Source: an uncultured bacterium (lineage in GTDB: Bacteria; Fidelibacterota; UBA2242). From it: 64,000 nt of DNA. Every line of letters starts with the position of its first letter. Position 1 is the stretch's first letter. The stretch is taken from the NCBI GenBank assembly GCA_964588795.1, contig CAZPQN010000003.1, positions 18,639 to 82,638 of the forward strand, written 5' to 3'. A model generated the notes under the pieces. It saw only the letters and a program-made list of their open reading frames with translations, was not told the origin of the DNA and did no database searches. A program made the translations under genes and the position numbers. Below, one piece after another: positions 18,729 through 28,640 of the stretch.

Positions 18729-20207
18729 CTAAAAGCTGATTTTCAAACGCAGGTACGGCCAGAGATTCTCCATCAGGTCAATTTCCTTGACTCCGTACAG
18801 CGTGTAGCGGCCGTCGAACTCGGAACCGCGTGAGCCTCCTAAAATGAAAGCCCCTACGGTGATGTCAAAATTGTTATAGGGCGAGTAACTGTAACCCGGC
18901 AGGACCGCAAAACTGCCGTCGTCCAGATTAGTAAAGAAAGCCAGGTTGAATTTATGGAAATCCTTAACCGTTTTTTCCAACATCAGGAACGAATAATTGC
19001 GGGCGTTGACCAGTTTCTCACCGGACAGGATTGTCATAAGATTGTAGTCTTTTTTATTTTTAGCACCGGAACCCTGATAGTAGTACTCCATCCGCGTGTC
19101 GACCTCAACCGCCGAGATCCGGTAGTCGAAACCCAGACACATTTCCAAATTATCGGCGGTACGATAATTTTTCAGGACGAATTTTTTATCCCGGTTATCG
19201 CGGGGCAAGCGGAGGACAAACTCACCATATACCCCGCAATCCCCGATTGCTCCGGCAAAATCAAAACCCGCGAAATAACTGCGCTTATAATAAGGATGAC
19301 GCGGCAGGTCAGCCAGCAGCTGGGCCAAGGCTCCCTGCTTGAACATTTCGAGAACCGTGACAGTGTCGCCCGCCGCCAACAGCTCCGCCATTGCCTGGTT
19401 GGCGACTATTCCCTGAATATAAGCCATGCCAGCCTGGGTCAGGACTGCGTCCAGCGGGCGAGTATCCAAATCATTATAGAGCACTTCTCTGATCCAGCTC
19501 AGTGAAATGTCGAACGCGCCGGCGATGCCATTCAGTTTAATGCCATAGGGCAGGTTTTTAATGTCGCTGTCCTCCTGATAGGCGGTCTTTTTCTGGGTCT
19601 TATCCTGGAAAGCGAGGTAGGCTTCGATGGAGAAACGGTTGGAAAGAGCATAACTGGGCAATAGTGCCATGGTACCCGGCGTATCCTCCGTCACCATATC
19701 CAGAAACGGTGGAAAAGCCACCCGCGCCGTGGGATTGAAAACATATCCTGTGCCCCAGGCGACCGGGAACTTCCCAAACTGCAAATCAAAATCACCAAAA
19801 CTGGCCATCCCCCAGACATGATCGAAAAACAGGCGCTGATTAAAATCCTCCAGTGGAAAATCGCTCTGCGAAAATCCGGCAATACCCAACCTTTCATAAA
19901 GCAGATAGGGATTTTGATTGCCTACGTTGGACTGGTAGGAAAATTCCATATGAAAGCGCAGGTTCTGCTCCGGTCGCCAGTCACCCTTCAAGCGTAGTAA
20001 AAGAGCATCCCCGAACGTGGGCCGGGAAAACTGCTGATTTCTAAAATTCAGACTGGATTGAAAATAGTTTATGAGGTAGCCGTAAAGACCGGTCGATTCA
20101 TCGGAACCGCCCATACTCGAATCCTCATTCGGCGCACTTGCTACTGTCAGATCAGCACCCAGCCCGCTGATTAAAAAAACCATCGAAAGATAGATTATTT
20201 TTGGCAT
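18729..20207 (-). CDS. putative outer-membrane beta-barrel protein
   Basis: Signal peptide MPKIIYLSMVFLISGLGADLTVASA; alternating amphipathic pattern; C-terminal ...YLRLKISF ending in Phe typical of OM barrels. Confidence 0.5.
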   Translation of the reverse strand: MPKIIYLSMVFLISGLGADLTVASAPNEDSSMGGSDESTGLYGYLINYFQSSLNFRNQQFSRPTFGDALLLRLKGDWRPEQNLRFHMEFSYQSNVGNQNPYLLYERLGIAGFSQSDFPLEDFNQRLFFDHVWGMASFGDFDLQFGKFPVAWGTGYVFNPTARVAFPPFLDMVTEDTPGTMALLPSYALSNRFSIEAYLAFQDKTQKKTAYQEDSDIKNLPYGIKLNGIAGAFDISLSWIREVLYNDLDTRPLDAVLTQAGMAYIQGIVANQAMAELLAAGDTVTVLEMFKQGALAQLLADLPRHPYYKRSYFAGFDFAGAIGDCGVYGEFVLRLPRDNRDKKFVLKNYRTADNLEMCLGFDYRISAVEVDTRMEYYYQGSGAKNKKDYNLMTILSGEKLVNARNYSFLMLEKTVKDFHKFNLAFFTNLDDGSFAVLPGYSYSPYNNFDITVGAFILGGSRGSEFDGRYTLYGVKEIDLMENLWPYLRLKISF

Positions 20208-20218
20208 CGTGCTTTTCC

Positions 20219-20962
20219 CTATTTGTAAAACCGCATTGGATTAAAATATTTATCATCAAGCGGCACGTCGTATTCAGCATCGTGCATTATGACGACGGTT
20301 TTGCTCTGCTTAATCAGGTTCAGCATCGTCATGCGCGTGGGCATCTGGCGCCCGGAAATCATTTTGTACTCTTCGATCAAGAGATCCTTTTTATGACCAT
20401 CAGCAGCGGTATAATATTCAATTTTAGGCGTCTGATAGTTTTCTTTTAAAATGGTGATGACCACTTTGGAATAGGATGATTCCTTTTTCGGAGTTCCCTC
20501 CAGCGTCCAGCTTTTGGCGTCCGATTTGAGAATTTTAAAGGAATAACTCTCTTCCATATTGCCGCCACCGAGATCTTCATAAGTGAAATCCCCACCGACG
20601 CCCTGTACTGTCTGATCCTTCGATTTGGCGGCGATTTTACGCACCCGCCCTGTGGACGGAAAGTAGACCCACTGATCGCCGGAAAGAGACAGAATCCGCA
20701 ATCCTTGAATGGACTTTGGGGTAATGAACTCCATGTAGCTGTTATCTTCGCCTTTACCGTAAGCCAAGACCTTCATTTCCCGAAAATTACTATTATCACC
20801 GACATAAGGATAGGTCAACATGCTCATTTTGGCGCTACTACTGCTGGTCTTGCCCATTTCATCCACTTTGCGAATGATAGTCAGCGCCTCATCCTCGGCT
20901 GAGGCTGAAATCGCCACAAGCACAATCATCAATCCCCTTAAAAATCGTCCCGTATATTGCAT
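20219..20962 (-). CDS. LolA-like periplasmic protein (outer-membrane lipoprotein-sorting-like, non-canonical LolA fold family)
   Basis: Signal peptide; about 220-aa mature domain; paralogous to ORF 52187..52930 (shared ...GGDFTYEDL... / ...GSDLSYEDM... block); immediately downstream of MMPL exporter. Confidence 0.55.
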   Translation of the reverse strand: MQYTGRFLRGLMIVLVAISASAEDEALTIIRKVDEMGKTSSSSAKMSMLTYPYVGDNSNFREMKVLAYGKGEDNSYMEFITPKSIQGLRILSLSGDQWVYFPSTGRVRKIAAKSKDQTVQGVGGDFTYEDLGGGNMEESYSFKILKSDAKSWTLEGTPKKESSYSKVVITILKENYQTPKIEYYTAADGHKKDLLIEEYKMISGRQMPTRMTMLNLIKQSKTVVIMHDAEYDVPLDDKYFNPMRFYK

Positions 20963-20976
20963 GGTTTCCTCCTTGG

Positions 20977-23697
20977 TTATTTTTGCTTCTGGTCAAAAGT
21001 CAACAGGGCGGGTAAAATGAATATGGCGGTCAACAGGCAGGTCGTTATACCCACGAAGAGAATCCGCCCCATGGAATTTACTGATCCAAATCGTCCGATC
21101 AACCCCAACGAACCAAATCCGATCATCGTCGTCAAGGCTGACAGTAAAACGCCTTTACCGGTGTAGCGATAGACGGTTTTGATGTCTTGTTCAACCCGGA
21201 AACGGTGCGCGATATGAATACCGAAGTCGATACCCATGCCGATGACGAGAGGTATCATGGCGATGTTAATGAAATTTAGTCGCTGCCCCAATAATGGATA
21301 CAAACCACCCATCCAGAGCATGCCGATAATTAGCGGCGCCGACGCGAAAACCACATATTTCAGGTTCCGGAAATTCAGAATCAGGAAAAAGAGCACTGCC
21401 GCAAAAATATATATGCCTGCCCTCCCGGAAGCATTAATAACCTCGTCTAACCAGGCTGTCAGGATTTGGGTTACCCCGGTGATTCTCGGCGATACCCGCG
21501 CAAGGGAATTGTTAAAATGGCGAATTATGTCAATTTTATCCAGAATACCTCCTTCCGGATAGATCATGATCAGATTCCGGGTTCCCGTTTGATCGAACAT
21601 GCCATTCCGGACGGATTCCGGCAGGTCGTCAATGGTCATCGGGCGGCGGGCCTGACACATCCGGGTAACGATCGCATCCATTTCCTTAGCAAAATAATAA
21701 TCCAGCTGGGTCAGACGCCGGGCGTATAGTTGCGGATCGCTGGCGATAAGCCCAATCAAATTTTTAAAAATTTCCCGCCCCGACTGACCCACCTCCGCTC
21801 CAAAAATCTCGCGAATCATGGCATTGCGCCTTTTGACGATCTTATTGTTCTCGCCCAATCCGGCGACTGAGAGATCGCTCATCTCAATAATATTCCATTC
21901 CAGGCGCTGAATTTCCTGCACAAATCTTTCAATATCGGCACTAGAATAGTGTATCTGACGGTAGCGGGTGGGCATTTTACGCAGCTTGGCGATGGCCGCC
22001 AGCCGAGCCTGCTGTTCCTCTTCCGGGGGAAAGAAGTAGGACACCGAACTGATCTCGGCGATCATCGGAGTTTTTTCCAGTTTTTCGGTAATCGTGCGAG
22101 CTTCCTCAATGCTATTGGTTATCACCATCGAGGCAAAGGGGGTCATCTCGAATTTTTCCATGACTTTCTGATATTGGATCATCGCGGGCATATCCTGCGG
22201 CTCGAGCTTCATGATATCATATTCAAGTCGGTTCAGGAATATCGCCCCAGACAGTCCGACGGTGATCAGCCCGCTCAATATCAGGGATAGCTTTCGATGT
22301 CTGTAAAGCGTCTGGCTGATGTCGGCTAAAAACTGATAATTGATGTTGGGCAGGTGGGTTTTGCTGACATCCTTTTTTCCCCACCAGAGTAAGAGGGATG
22401 GTAATATGAAAAACATCGCTAAAAAACAATTAATGATGCCGGTCCCCATAATCAGCCCGAATTGCTCAAAAGCCTGGACGCCGGCAGCGGACATGACAAA
22501 AAAAGCGATCGCCGTCGTTATTGCGGCTAAAAATGTACCCATCCCGGCTTTTTGATAGGTAAGACGCAGGGCTTCGGGCGGTTCATAACCGTCCTCACGG
22601 TAAGTGGTAAAATTGGTTATGATCTGAATCCCGTAATCCACTCCTAACCCGATGAGCAGGATGCCCATAATGCTGGTCATCATGTTGATCTCTTTAATTG
22701 TCACGCCAACGAATCCGTAATTAAATACAACCCCCATAATCAGGACCAGCAAAACGAAAATTATTGAACGCAACTGGCTGAAGGAAAAAATAAACAGCAA
22801 TAAAATCAGAACAATAGCCACTATTGACGGAACCGCCATATCGAAGCTGAGTGCGTCCTGTTCATCGCTCTGAGTTGGTAAATCGCCGGTATACCCGACA
22901 TGTAAATCAGGATACTTGGCATTCATAGCACTCTGTACTACTTTTATCTCATGCATGAACTCGATCACTTTTTCTACTTCGATCGCGTTAATTGCGGGGG
23001 TGATAGTGAATAAAAGCATGCTGTTATCATGGTTAAACCGGTACGGATCGCCGTAGAGAAATGTCTCCGCTAGGACCTGGCCCTGCTCTGCAACCGGCAA
23101 CGTGTCCGGATTGGATAGAAAAACCCGCAAACTGGTAAAGAAGTTCTCTATTTGCGAAAGCATGGCAACCGCATCGTTTTCCTGCTTGTTGGTCTCCAGC
23201 TCCTCTTCGGCTTCGTCGCCTGTGTAAGTCTCCTCAAAAGAATTATTCAGCGCGGTGACGAATGGTAAAAGATTCAGTTGCGACAAGGTTTGGCTGGTCT
23301 TTTCAATGTCCTTGGCCTTGGACAGCATCAAACCCCAATCATCAATGAACTGGCGATCGGTTTTCAGGTTGATGGCTTTGATACTCTGCACCAGCTTCTC
23401 ATTGGCGCGGACCATGGCAACGAAATCCTCGGCACACTGGCCCATGCGTATTTTATCCTGACCCTCGATGGTGATCATGGCGGTAGCTCCACCGGAAAAA
23501 ACCGAATCAACTTCGAGATAGCTGGCAATTTTGGGATCTTCTGCTGATAGGAGGTCCTTGATCTCGGTTTTCGTTTCAATATTTTGCGCCGCGATCAGAC
23601 TAAGCACAAAAAGCACTACCGCCACAAACGGTATCCATTTGTAAAAACGAACTACGAAATTAGCGACGATTTGCATGATTTTTCCCTCTGATTTCAT
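20977..23697 (-). CDS. MMPL/RND-superfamily exporter (predicted 12-TM, two large periplasmic loops)
   Basis: 906 aa, two repeated 6-TM bundles each preceded by a large hydrophilic loop; characteristic of COG1033 exporters. Confidence 0.8.
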   Translation of the reverse strand: MKSEGKIMQIVANFVVRFYKWIPFVAVVLFVLSLIAAQNIETKTEIKDLLSAEDPKIASYLEVDSVFSGGATAMITIEGQDKIRMGQCAEDFVAMVRANEKLVQSIKAINLKTDRQFIDDWGLMLSKAKDIEKTSQTLSQLNLLPFVTALNNSFEETYTGDEAEEELETNKQENDAVAMLSQIENFFTSLRVFLSNPDTLPVAEQGQVLAETFLYGDPYRFNHDNSMLLFTITPAINAIEVEKVIEFMHEIKVVQSAMNAKYPDLHVGYTGDLPTQSDEQDALSFDMAVPSIVAIVLILLLFIFSFSQLRSIIFVLLVLIMGVVFNYGFVGVTIKEINMMTSIMGILLIGLGVDYGIQIITNFTTYREDGYEPPEALRLTYQKAGMGTFLAAITTAIAFFVMSAAGVQAFEQFGLIMGTGIINCFLAMFFILPSLLLWWGKKDVSKTHLPNINYQFLADISQTLYRHRKLSLILSGLITVGLSGAIFLNRLEYDIMKLEPQDMPAMIQYQKVMEKFEMTPFASMVITNSIEEARTITEKLEKTPMIAEISSVSYFFPPEEEQQARLAAIAKLRKMPTRYRQIHYSSADIERFVQEIQRLEWNIIEMSDLSVAGLGENNKIVKRRNAMIREIFGAEVGQSGREIFKNLIGLIASDPQLYARRLTQLDYYFAKEMDAIVTRMCQARRPMTIDDLPESVRNGMFDQTGTRNLIMIYPEGGILDKIDIIRHFNNSLARVSPRITGVTQILTAWLDEVINASGRAGIYIFAAVLFFLILNFRNLKYVVFASAPLIIGMLWMGGLYPLLGQRLNFINIAMIPLVIGMGIDFGIHIAHRFRVEQDIKTVYRYTGKGVLLSALTTMIGFGSLGLIGRFGSVNSMGRILFVGITTCLLTAIFILPALLTFDQKQK

Positions 23698-23721
23698 AAT
23701 GCCCCCATCAGTAAGTCTATT

Positions 23722-24405
23722 TCATTTTCTGGGATCTTTAAAACGTGATGCAGACATGCTTTTCATAATTTCATTAAGATTAAGCATTTCGATTTGATCC
23801 CGGGTCAGCGCTGAATAAAGCTTGCCAAAAGAATTGGCGAAAATGGTTGAAATGGTCTTCAAATCGGTATGATAGTACTCGCACCATTCATCACTAAATA
23901 TTACAAAGGAAAACAAGGGCGCAAAAAAGCAAAAGAAACCACTTAACAGCTGGGCCTGATTCTTTTCCAGTCTAATGCCTAATCGAGCCGAAATAGCATA
24001 ACCGGCATCGAAATTCTGATCGAAATAGCGGAAAATATTCAGGTGGGGGGTCAATTCTACATCTTTGATGGACTCGGCAAATGCAATTTTAATCGCGTTT
24101 TTATTGGCCATCAAAAAAGGTAGCGTGTTGTTCAAAATGATCGTGTCGATACCAAGCGTCGGTTCTGCAAGCCAGGCTTCGGTGATGGATTGTTTGATGA
24201 CCACCGACTTTTTCACGAAGTCATCCATGAGCGAGGCCAGGATTTCTTCCTTGCTCTTGAAATAATAGTAGATGAGTGACTTGGTTATTCCCGCCGTTTT
24301 GGCGATCTGATCAATACCGGTGGCGTCGAAACCGCGCTGAGCAAAAAGGGCTTCAGCCGTCTGCAGGATCTTCCGGCGGATGTTTTTTCTTGGTTGCTTG
24401 ACCAT
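23722..24405 (-). CDS. TetR/AcrR family transcriptional regulator
   Basis: N-terminal HTH AEALFAQRGFDATGIDQIAKTAGITKSLIYYYFKSKEEIL. Confidence 0.85.
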   Translation of the reverse strand: MVKQPRKNIRRKILQTAEALFAQRGFDATGIDQIAKTAGITKSLIYYYFKSKEEILASLMDDFVKKSVVIKQSITEAWLAEPTLGIDTIILNNTLPFLMANKNAIKIAFAESIKDVELTPHLNIFRYFDQNFDAGYAISARLGIRLEKNQAQLLSGFFCFFAPLFSFVIFSDEWCEYYHTDLKTISTIFANSFGKLYSALTRDQIEMLNLNEIMKSMSASRFKDPRK

Positions 24406-24420
24406 AGCGGTACTCTTTCC

Positions 24421-24452
24421 GTAAATTTGACTGACCGTTCAGTCAAATTTAC
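24421..24452. promoter_or_regulatory. perfect palindromic operator GTAAATTTGACTGA-ccgt-TCAGTCAAATTTAC (14+4+14), plus a third half-site-like copy at about 24469-24480
   Basis: Directly read; located 16-47 nt upstream of the tetR start codon (24405) on the leading edge of the TetR-MMPL-LolA-like-OMP operon. Confidence 0.6.
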
Positions 24453-24565
24453 GAAGAACGCCCTTGTCTGTCAAGTCAATTTTTCACCCTTTAATTATTC
24501 CCCGCGCCTTTTCTTAAGCGAAAGTAGGCCACCAACAATTAGCGTGATGGATGAAATGCCAGGAT

Positions 24566-25987
24566 TCAGCTTCGGAAAAACGCGGCACCTTTCCGGACTG
24601 CCTGCTGATTGAGCTCGATCAGGTTTTTACGCTTTAATACATCCCCTAAGGTGTCGAGTACAATTTCCATGTGCATGATTTTTTGGTGTTCGATCAGAGC
24701 ACCGGCGATGATCATATTCGCGGCTTTGGAATTGCCGAGTTCATCCGCCATCTGGGTAGCAGGAATCGCCAGAACCGTCACATCAGTTCGTACCGGTTGA
24801 CGGTCAATGATGGAATCGTCATAAATGATCAGACCTCCGGGTACGACATCATTTTCGAATTTGTCCAGCGAGGGACGATTCATGGCAATCAGCACGGTGG
24901 GATTGGCGATCAGCGGAGTACCAATCTTGCGGGTGGCGATTTTGACGCTGCAATTGGCCGTACCTCCGCGCATTTCCGGCCCGTAAGAAGGGAGCCAGCT
25001 GACATGATAGTCATGACGCATCGCCATCTCGGCTAACACTTTGCCCAAACTCAGCACACCCTGTCCTCCGAACCCGGCGATCTTGATTTCCTCGGTGAGG
25101 TCGTCTTTGCGGATCGTGGCGATTTTATGCTGGTCGATTTTGGAACCTTCAATATTGAGAATTTTCGGCAGCTCTTCAAACTGGACTACGGTTCGTTTGA
25201 AATCTCTACCGGGAAATTGTTCTGAGATGTCCTTTTTAACTCCTAAGGGAAATTGTTTCTGGAACACTTCGCGCACCCATTCGCGGGCTTTAACTGACGA
25301 CAATTTGAGGTTCGAAGGACAGGATGACAGAGCTTCGATGAAACAAAAGGCGTTTTTTTCCGCCTGGAGTTTCAAGGCTTTCCGAACCGCTGTGCGGGCT
25401 TGCATGATGCTTTTTGTATCGCCCAGCATCACACGCTCGACGTACACCGGGGCTTCCAATTGAGCAATGAGTTCCGCCATCCGAATTGGATAACCCTCAT
25501 TGTCGCTCGTGCGTCCGCGGGGGCTGGTGAGAGTTTTCTGGCCGATCAGCGTCGTGGGAGCCATCTGTCCGCCCGTCATACCGTAAACGGCATTGTTCAC
25601 GAAGAAGACTGTGATCCCTTCTCCGCGATTGGCGGCGTGGATAATCTCGGCGGTGCCGATCGCGGCTAAATCACCGTCACCCTGGTAGGAAATAACGATT
25701 GATTCGGGATGCGCGCGTTTGATGCCCGTTGCGACTGCCGGAGCCCGCCCATGAGCTACCTGGACATTGCCGGTATGAAAATAATAATAAGCAAAGACAC
25801 TGCAACCGACTGGACTGATAAAAATCGTCCGATCGCGCAGACCGAAATCGTCCAGCGCTTCAGCAATCAACTTATGCAGATTGCCATGACCGCATCCCGG
25901 ACAGTAGGTCGTCGTCAATTTATCACTGCCGGGTTTACGCTCATAGACTTCATAGAAAGAACTGGATTTCTGCAGGACCGTGTTCAT
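24566..25987 (-). CDS. 2-oxoacid:ferredoxin oxidoreductase, fused beta (TPP-binding) and gamma subunits
   Basis: N-terminal [10 protein letters not shown] and GDG TPP motifs (beta); C-terminal [20 protein letters not shown]...GPEMRGG (gamma). Confidence 0.8.
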   Translation of the reverse strand: MNTVLQKSSSFYEVYERKPGSDKLTTTYCPGCGHGNLHKLIAEALDDFGLRDRTIFISPVGCSVFAYYYFHTGNVQVAHGRAPAVATGIKRAHPESIVISYQGDGDLAAIGTAEIIHAANRGEGITVFFVNNAVYGMTGGQMAPTTLIGQKTLTSPRGRTSDNEGYPIRMAELIAQLEAPVYVERVMLGDTKSIMQARTAVRKALKLQAEKNAFCFIEALSSCPSNLKLSSVKAREWVREVFQKQFPLGVKKDISEQFPGRDFKRTVVQFEELPKILNIEGSKIDQHKIATIRKDDLTEEIKIAGFGGQGVLSLGKVLAEMAMRHDYHVSWLPSYGPEMRGGTANCSVKIATRKIGTPLIANPTVLIAMNRPSLDKFENDVVPGGLIIYDDSIIDRQPVRTDVTVLAIPATQMADELGNSKAANMIIAGALIEHQKIMHMEIVLDTLGDVLKRKNLIELNQQAVRKGAAFFRS

Positions 25988-27048
25988 ACCGACCTCATGA
26001 GTTTGATGACTTCATCGTGAATTTCGCGAATCGACGGTACATTGCCGCCCACCCGACCGTAAAAGTAAACTGGCTTGCGGCCATCTACCGCGAGGCGCAC
26101 ATCGTCGACCATCTGACCGTTACTCATTTCGGAGACCAGGAAGAAACGTGCCTGTTTAGTCAATTCGCGCATGATCGCTTTGGGAAACGGGAAAAGCGTT
26201 ATCGGGCGCACCAGACCGACCGGAATGCCTTCCTGGCGTAGATTATCAACCACCGTTTGCAGGATGCGGGAAATGATTCCGAATCCCACCAGGATAATTT
26301 CCGCATCCCTGGTCTGATAGGTCTCGTAGCGGACTTCTTCCTCTTCCATAATCCGGTACTTCTGCTGGAGTTTGTTGATATGTTTTTCCAAATCATCGGG
26401 ATCAAGGTCAATCGAGGTTAGCAAATTATCGGCGGTTTCGGGCGTACCTTTTACTGCCCAGCTTTTTTCCGGGAACTTCGTGACCGGTTCCGGAAATTCC
26501 ACCGGTTCCATCATCTGACCGATAAAGCCATCGGTTAAAATGTAAACCGGATTACGGTATTTGTCCGCTAATTCAAATGCCAATTTGCCCAAATCGCACA
26601 TTTCCTGCACCGAATTGGGGGCGAGGACAATGACTTTGTAATTTCCATGGCCCCCGCCTTTGACTACCTGATTGTAATCACTTTGCTCCGGAGCGATGTT
26701 GCCCAGTCCCGGTCCACCGCGCATGACGTCAACGATGACGCAGGGCAATTCGGCCCCGGCACAATACGAAACTCCCTCCTGCTTCAGGCTGATTCCCGGA
26801 CTGGAGGAAGCGGTCATGACGCGCTCGCCAGCCGCCGCGGCGCCGTAGACCATGTTAATGGCGGCAATTTCGCTCTCTGCCTGGATGAAAGTCCCCCCGG
26901 CCACCGGTAAATAGAGGGCGGCGGCATGCGCGATTTCACTCGCGGGAGTTATTGGATAGCCATAGTAGGCCCGGCAACCCGCCAGTATGGCTCCCTTGAC
27001 TACTGCTTCATTTCCATATAACAATTGTTTTGCCATAGCAGACCTCAT
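25984..27048 (-). CDS. 2-oxoacid:ferredoxin oxidoreductase alpha subunit
   Basis: N-terminal [31 protein letters not shown] typical of KorA/VorA/PorA; 4-nt overlap with beta-gamma gene. Confidence 0.8.
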   Translation of the reverse strand: MRSAMAKQLLYGNEAVVKGAILAGCRAYYGYPITPASEIAHAAALYLPVAGGTFIQAESEIAAINMVYGAAAAGERVMTASSSPGISLKQEGVSYCAGAELPCVIVDVMRGGPGLGNIAPEQSDYNQVVKGGGHGNYKVIVLAPNSVQEMCDLGKLAFELADKYRNPVYILTDGFIGQMMEPVEFPEPVTKFPEKSWAVKGTPETADNLLTSIDLDPDDLEKHINKLQQKYRIMEEEEVRYETYQTRDAEIILVGFGIISRILQTVVDNLRQEGIPVGLVRPITLFPFPKAIMRELTKQARFFLVSEMSNGQMVDDVRLAVDGRKPVYFYGRVGGNVPSIREIHDEVIKLMRSV

Positions 27049-27416
27049 TACTTATCAGAAATATTTACGGTTTCGGGTATCGTCGTAAGGCAGTTGGTAC
27101 AGCGGACCTTGTTCGGGGTGCTCGCCTCACTAAAAACCTTATATTCGCCCCGGCAATGTGGACAATACCGGGTCTCCGTCATTAAATCCCACCTTTTAAA
27201 AACCGTAATTGCTCCCGGTTCGGGACAATTGTAGAAGCACACGCCACATCCGGTACAGCCTTCGCCTTTGTAGGTGGATGGATGATAGCTGTGCGTATTA
27301 AAGCGTTCGGTCAGGTACAGCACCTTGACCGGACAGGACTCGATGCAGAGTTCACAGCCTTTGCATTCTTCGGCATTGATAACGACATGTCCTCTGGTTT
27401 TCACATCACTCATATT
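27048..27416 (-). CDS. 2-oxoacid:ferredoxin oxidoreductase delta subunit (2x[4Fe-4S] ferredoxin)
   Basis: [12 protein letters not shown] and [12 protein letters not shown] motifs; likely start at internal Met MSDVKTRG (track ORF to 27506 overlaps the upstream aminotransferase by 70 nt). Confidence 0.75.
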   Translation of the reverse strand, partial: NMSDVKTRGHVVINAEECKGCELCIESCPVKVLYLTERFNTHSYHPSTYKGEGCTGCGVCFYNCPEPGAITVFKRWDLMTETRYCPHCRGEYKVFSEASTPNKVRCTNCLTTIPETVNISDK

Positions 27417-27435
27417 GTGCTCCGTCACTAACTTA

Positions 27436-28635
27436 TCATTTGAATTGTTTAAACACTTTAGCAAAACCCGGTAAGGCGCCGATAATTTCCCGTTCCGGAA
27501 CCGCAAATGAAATCCGGAAGTAGCCGGGACGGTGAAAAGCCACGCCGGGAGTCGCCAGGATCAGGTTTTCCTGCAAGGCATTGATAAAAACCACATCATC
27601 GGGAATCGGACTTTTCGGAAAAATGTAAAAAGCGCCCTCGGGTTTGATCACCTCATAACCAATCTCGACCAACCCGTTATAAATCAGGTCCCGCCGACGC
27701 TGGTAAAGTGCCACATCCACGCGTTCATTTAAAACGTGGCTGATGACACGTTGCATCAGCGCGGGAGCATTGATGAAACCCAGCACCCGGTTGCAGAAGG
27801 CGGCGGCGGCGATGATTGTCGCGTTGTCTTCGATTAACGGGCTGACAGCCAGGTAACCGATCCGTTCTCCCGCCAATGATAAATCCTTGGAAAAAGAGGT
27901 CGCCATGATCGTATGCCGGTAAAACCGGAATGCGGTGTCACAGCGCTTACCGTCAAAGACAATTTTTTTATAGGGCTCGTCAGTTAAGAGATAGATGGGC
28001 GACTGGCGCGTTTGATTGCTACGAGTCAGCAGCTTGCCGATTTCCGTCAGCAGGTGGGCGCTGTAGATTCGCCCGGTGGGATTATTGGGGGAATTGATGA
28101 CCAGGATTTTTGTTCGGGTGGTGATTTTGGCGGCCAGGTCATCCAGATCGGGCAGTAAATCAGCGGTGGTCTGCACCATTACCTTGCGCCCCTGATGGTT
28201 ATCGATATAAAAATCGTACTCTGTAAAATAAGGGGCGATCACCATGACCTCGTCTCCGGGATCGAGCAAAGTCTTGAAAATGACATTGATTGCTCCCGCC
28301 GTACCACAGGTCATCAGCACCTGCTCCGCAGTAAAAGGCAAACCGCTTTCTTTCTCTAACACCTCAGCGATAGCCGTACAGGTTTCGGTATATCCCTTAT
28401 TTGGCATGTAGCCATGCCTGTGCGCTCCGGTTTTTTGGGCTTCAGCGACCAACGCCTGATCAAATGCCGCCGGACTGGGTACATCTGGATTGCCTAATGA
28501 GAAGTCAAAGACCCGGTCGGCACCGTATCGCTTTTTCAGAACAATGCCGGCATCGAACATTTTGCGGATCCAGGAACTGTGTCGCATGGATTCGGTGATT
28601 TTAGTGGCGATTGGCATTCCTGTTCCTCCTCTCAC
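27436..28635 (-). CDS. class I/II PLP-dependent aminotransferase (aspartate/aromatic aminotransferase-like)
   Basis: [18 protein letters not shown]-lysine motif; 399 aa. Confidence 0.8.
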   Translation of the reverse strand: MRGGTGMPIATKITESMRHSSWIRKMFDAGIVLKKRYGADRVFDFSLGNPDVPSPAAFDQALVAEAQKTGAHRHGYMPNKGYTETCTAIAEVLEKESGLPFTAEQVLMTCGTAGAINVIFKTLLDPGDEVMVIAPYFTEYDFYIDNHQGRKVMVQTTADLLPDLDDLAAKITTRTKILVINSPNNPTGRIYSAHLLTEIGKLLTRSNQTRQSPIYLLTDEPYKKIVFDGKRCDTAFRFYRHTIMATSFSKDLSLAGERIGYLAVSPLIEDNATIIAAAAFCNRVLGFINAPALMQRVISHVLNERVDVALYQRRRDLIYNGLVEIGYEVIKPEGAFYIFPKSPIPDDVVFINALQENLILATPGVAFHRPGYFRISFAVPEREIIGALPGFAKVFKQFK

Positions 28636-28640
28636 GGTGT

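Noticed and set aside
27417-27506. N-terminal 30-aa extension of the ferredoxin (delta) ORF overlapping the aminotransferase 3' end by 70 nt
   Set aside because: The internal Met (MSDVKTRG) gives a normal delta-subunit length and removes the overlap; extension judged non-coding
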